A program made the position numbers and the translations under genes. This document shows positions 29,434 through 32,000 of a stretch of DNA of 32,000 nt, piece by piece (positions within the stretch are counted from its first letter, which is position 1; each line of letters starts with the position of its first letter). The stretch covers positions 510,001 to 542,000 of the forward strand of contig NZ_CP046579.1 in assembly GCF_013365475.1 (NCBI RefSeq), given 5' to 3'. The notes under the pieces were generated by a model, which was not told the origin of the DNA, searched no databases, and saw nothing but the letters and a program-made list of their open reading frames with translations. This DNA comes from Candidatus Saccharimonadota bacterium (GTDB lineage Bacteria; Pseudomonadota; Alphaproteobacteria; Rickettsiales; Anaplasmataceae).

Positions 29434-30726
29434 TTACAGTATCATAGAGCCCTTTTCTTTCTTACTGTTAACAATTATTTCTCCTACTGTAACTACTACT
29501 AAGATAAAACAGTAATGTACTTGCTTTGACAAAGAAATAGGCGATACAGTAGCTATGCTACCTGCTAGCAATAATTGAGAACCATAAGGCAAAATACCTT
29601 TTGTAGCACAAGCGAAAACGTCTAGTAAGTACGCACTACGGTATGGCGCAATATCATGTTTTTTTGCAAGCCTTTTTACAATACTACCACTTAGTAGAAT
29701 AGCAATAGTATTATTAGCAACCAAAACAGTAAATATGGATGCTATTCCTGCTATCGCAAATTCAGCTTTAGTTTTTGTGATTCTACTTTCATCGATAAGT
29801 TTATACAATGCTTTTTGACCTTGTTTATACATTATATTACTTAACCCACTAATAAATAGTGCAAACAGTACTATCTCATTCACCTTCCTGAATCCCTTAT
29901 ATATGTCGTGAGAAAATTGAATGATTGAATAGTCAAAAAAAGTTACTCCTAGTACACCAGCAATAACTATGTTTACAGTTATTACTACTAGTGTAGTAAC
30001 TTCAAATAGTACCATGACTATTAAAGAAATGTAAGGAATAACTTTTATTATTGAAAAACAATCTAAGCTTGATATAGTAACAATCTTTGTATTATCTGAA
30101 GTTACTACCAGATAGGCTAGTGTTATAATGCTAGCAATAAATGCTACTTTATAGTTTATTTGAAGTTTATCCTTTATTGTAGCATCCTGTGATGAAACAG
30201 ATGCAATAGTGGTATCAGATATCATTGATAAGTTGTCACCAAATACTGCACCACCAACTACAGTTGCAGCTCCTATCTCAAGATCAAAAGCTCCACTTTT
30301 TGCTAAATTAACTGCGATTGGTACCATTAGCGCAACAACTCCCATGGATGTTCCGATTGCAGTTGAAATAAAAGCAGAGGTCAAAAATACTCCAGGCAAC
30401 AATAACTTTGCTGGAAGAAAATTGAGAATCAAATTAGCAACAGTATCTGCACTACCAATTGATTGGCTAACAGAAGAGAACGCTCCAGAAAATAGGAAAA
30501 TCAAACACATAGTAAGGGTATTTTTATCACCCATACCTTCAATGACAGTGTCAATGTTATGTTGAATTTTACCTGGTCTGCATGAGATGGCAAAAAATAG
30601 TGCTGGCAATAAGCAAACTACGGGAGAAATCTGATGAAGTGGATTATCAGTTCCAGTGAAGAAGAAGTAGGTTCCGCTTCCAAGATGTAAGACTAAAAAA
30701 ATAAGTAAAGGAATAAAAGCAATCAT
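29434..30726 (-). CDS. Na+/H+ antiporter, NhaC family
   Basis: 430-aa polytopic membrane ORF (about 10-12 helices) with NhaC-like blocks (GAVFGDNLSMISDTTIAS, GILPYGSQLLLA). The family call is from motif memory. Confidence 0.7.
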   Translation of the reverse strand: MIAFIPLLIFLVLHLGSGTYFFFTGTDNPLHQISPVVCLLPALFFAISCRPGKIQHNIDTVIEGMGDKNTLTMCLIFLFSGAFSSVSQSIGSADTVANLILNFLPAKLLLPGVFLTSAFISTAIGTSMGVVALMVPIAVNLAKSGAFDLEIGAATVVGGAVFGDNLSMISDTTIASVSSQDATIKDKLQINYKVAFIASIITLAYLVVTSDNTKIVTISSLDCFSIIKVIPYISLIVMVLFEVTTLVVITVNIVIAGVLGVTFFDYSIIQFSHDIYKGFRKVNEIVLFALFISGLSNIMYKQGQKALYKLIDESRITKTKAEFAIAGIASIFTVLVANNTIAILLSGSIVKRLAKKHDIAPYRSAYLLDVFACATKGILPYGSQLLLAGSIATVSPISLSKQVHYCFILVVVTVGEIIVNSKKEKGSMIL

Positions 30727-31121
30727 TTTATTACAATTGAAAGTTCGAACTATAACTAATTAAATAATTTTAAGCAAGTCTGGTTTTACCAGATCTGTAG
30801 AGAGTTGATAGTAAAGTTTTAAGCTTCATGCTTAATATATTTAACTAATAATACAGAACATTCTATTGACAATAGAATCTTCCAGCGTCATGCTTGAATG
30901 CAAATCTTTACTTCATTAAGTAGAAGAATATGAGATCAAAAAAGCTTTTTGCGAGTAAATGAGCTAATTCATTGAGATGAGAAGCAGCTTATTTATGTTA
31001 AATTTAACAAGATTTTATAAAATCTTAATTTTAATGTCCGCTACCTATGTAGTATCATGCAGTTGATATTGGGTCAATATCGATAATTGATGTTCTACTA
31101 GAAGTTTTTATAAATAACAAA

Positions 31122-32000
31122 ATGTCTCGAAGTACTAAAACTATACCGATAGAAGATGATAACGTTAGGCTAGATAAGTACATAAGAAGAATTTTCCCAG
31201 ACCTAAAGCAGTCTATGATTGAAAAATCTTTAAGGAGAAGACTGATCAAGGTTGACAATTATAAAGCAAAGTCAAGTGATAGAGTATACTCTGGGCAGGT
31301 CATAACAATAAAGTACTTTAATTATATAAAAAGGACTAATTTCAATACTAAACATAACCAAGAGTTAGTAAATATACTGAAAGACAACATATTATATGAA
31401 GATGAATATATACTGGCTATAAACAAACCTGTGGGAGTAATTATTCAGGGTAGTGTAAAGACAAAAATTAGTATTAGTGATTTACTTGATCAAATCAGAG
31501 AAGGAGAAACATTAAAAATTGTACATAGGTTAGATAAAGATACAAGTGGAGTAATGATATTTGCGCGTAATACTAATGTTGCAAGGTTTCTTATGGAAGA
31601 ATTTAAAGGACGAAGAATAAAAAAGATTTATTTAGCACTAACTTCTGGTATGCCTAGTATGGATAAAGGGACAATAGATCTTCCATTGGTAAAAAAGTAT
31701 ATTTCAGGCCAAGAAAAAATGGTTGTCGACAAAAATTCACCACAGAATGCTGTTACACACTTTTCAATTATAGCAAGACTAGGAAGGAATGTTGCTTATG
31801 TAAAATTACAACCAATTACTGGTAGGACTCATCAATTAAGAGCACATCTAGCTCATATAAATTGTCCTATTCTTGGTGATGGTAAATACGGTGGTAAAAG
31901 AGCTTTTGTTGATGGAGCAGTCAATAAAATTCACCTACATTCATATTCTTTGTCCTTAAAACTGCCAAGTAATAAAAAAATCACCATTACTGCCCTTTGC
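31122..32000 (+). CDS. RluA-family 23S rRNA pseudouridine synthase (RluC/RluD-like), N-terminal 293 codons; the 3' end lies right of the window
   Basis: ATG 31122 opens a frame that stays open to base 32000 (not in the ORF track). It has an N-terminal S4-like domain (RLDKYIRRIFPDL...), the catalytic motif HRLDKDTSGVMIFAR and TGRTHQLRAHLAH. Confidence 0.85.
   Translation, partial: MSRSTKTIPIEDDNVRLDKYIRRIFPDLKQSMIEKSLRRRLIKVDNYKAKSSDRVYSGQVITIKYFNYIKRTNFNTKHNQELVNILKDNILYEDEYILAINKPVGVIIQGSVKTKISISDLLDQIREGETLKIVHRLDKDTSGVMIFARNTNVARFLMEEFKGRRIKKIYLALTSGMPSMDKGTIDLPLVKKYISGQEKMVVDKNSPQNAVTHFSIIARLGRNVAYVKLQPITGRTHQLRAHLAHINCPILGDGKYGGKRAFVDGAVNKIHLHSYSLSLKLPSNKKITITALC

Noticed and set aside
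31009-31026. 18-bp perfect palindrome AAGATTTTATAAAATCTT, plus GTTAAATTTAAC just upstream, as a regulatory site
   Set aside because: It is almost entirely A/T. With this base composition roughly one such palindrome per window is expected by chance, so I only mention it within the intergenic-region finding.
1-32000. Replication origin signals (DnaA boxes TTATCCACA), CtrA sites (TTAA-N7-TTAA), CRISPR arrays, tandem repeats, and IS or integrase genes
   Set aside because: I found no exact DnaA box, only partial TGGATAA strings at about 17565 and 27071. I found no convincing clustered CtrA sites, no spaced direct-repeat arrays or tandem repeats beyond a few bases, and no transposase- or integrase-like ORF.

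Overview
AT-rich (about 30-33% GC by eye) core chromosome from an obligate-intracellular alphaproteobacterium. The gene content fits Rickettsiales: pdhB, aa3 oxidase coxB-coxA-ctaB, a type I secretion HlyD-family protein, a VirB2-like pilin and an isolated atpH-atpA pair. The presence of gap and ribB favours Anaplasmataceae (Ehrlichia/Wolbachia-like) over Rickettsia. I cannot name the species from sequence alone. I call 24 protein genes, almost all housekeeping: dnaJ (3' part), pdhB, mgtE, prfB, typA, gap, tatC, a 1015-aa AsmA/YhdP-like envelope protein, rnhA, ctaB, coxA, coxB, HlyD-family MFP, fabG, virB2-like, ribB, greA, atpA, atpH, ubiE, an ABCB-type exporter, argS, an NhaC-family antiporter and an RluC/D-like synthase (5' part). 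I found no rRNA, tRNA, CRISPR, IS/transposase, phage or recognisable defence/toxin genes, and no convincing novel multi-gene system. Five things deserve a second look. (1) A perfect 107-bp inverted copy of an internal piece of the HlyD-family gene lies in the virB2-like/ribB spacer, so the two copies bracket the gene's 5' third, fabG and the virB2-like gene. (2) coxA is broken by a 1-nt frameshift in a G5 run, although longer homopolymers elsewhere in the window are in frame. (3) prfB has the canonical programmed +1 frameshift site. (4) Three ORF-free spacers of 0.7-1.2 kb isolate ubiE and the ABC exporter, in contrast to very tight packing elsewhere. (5) The VirB2-like pilin gene is orphan, with no other type IV secretion genes nearby. 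Several ORF-track starts are TTG/GTG extensions and I re-set them to the first ATG.
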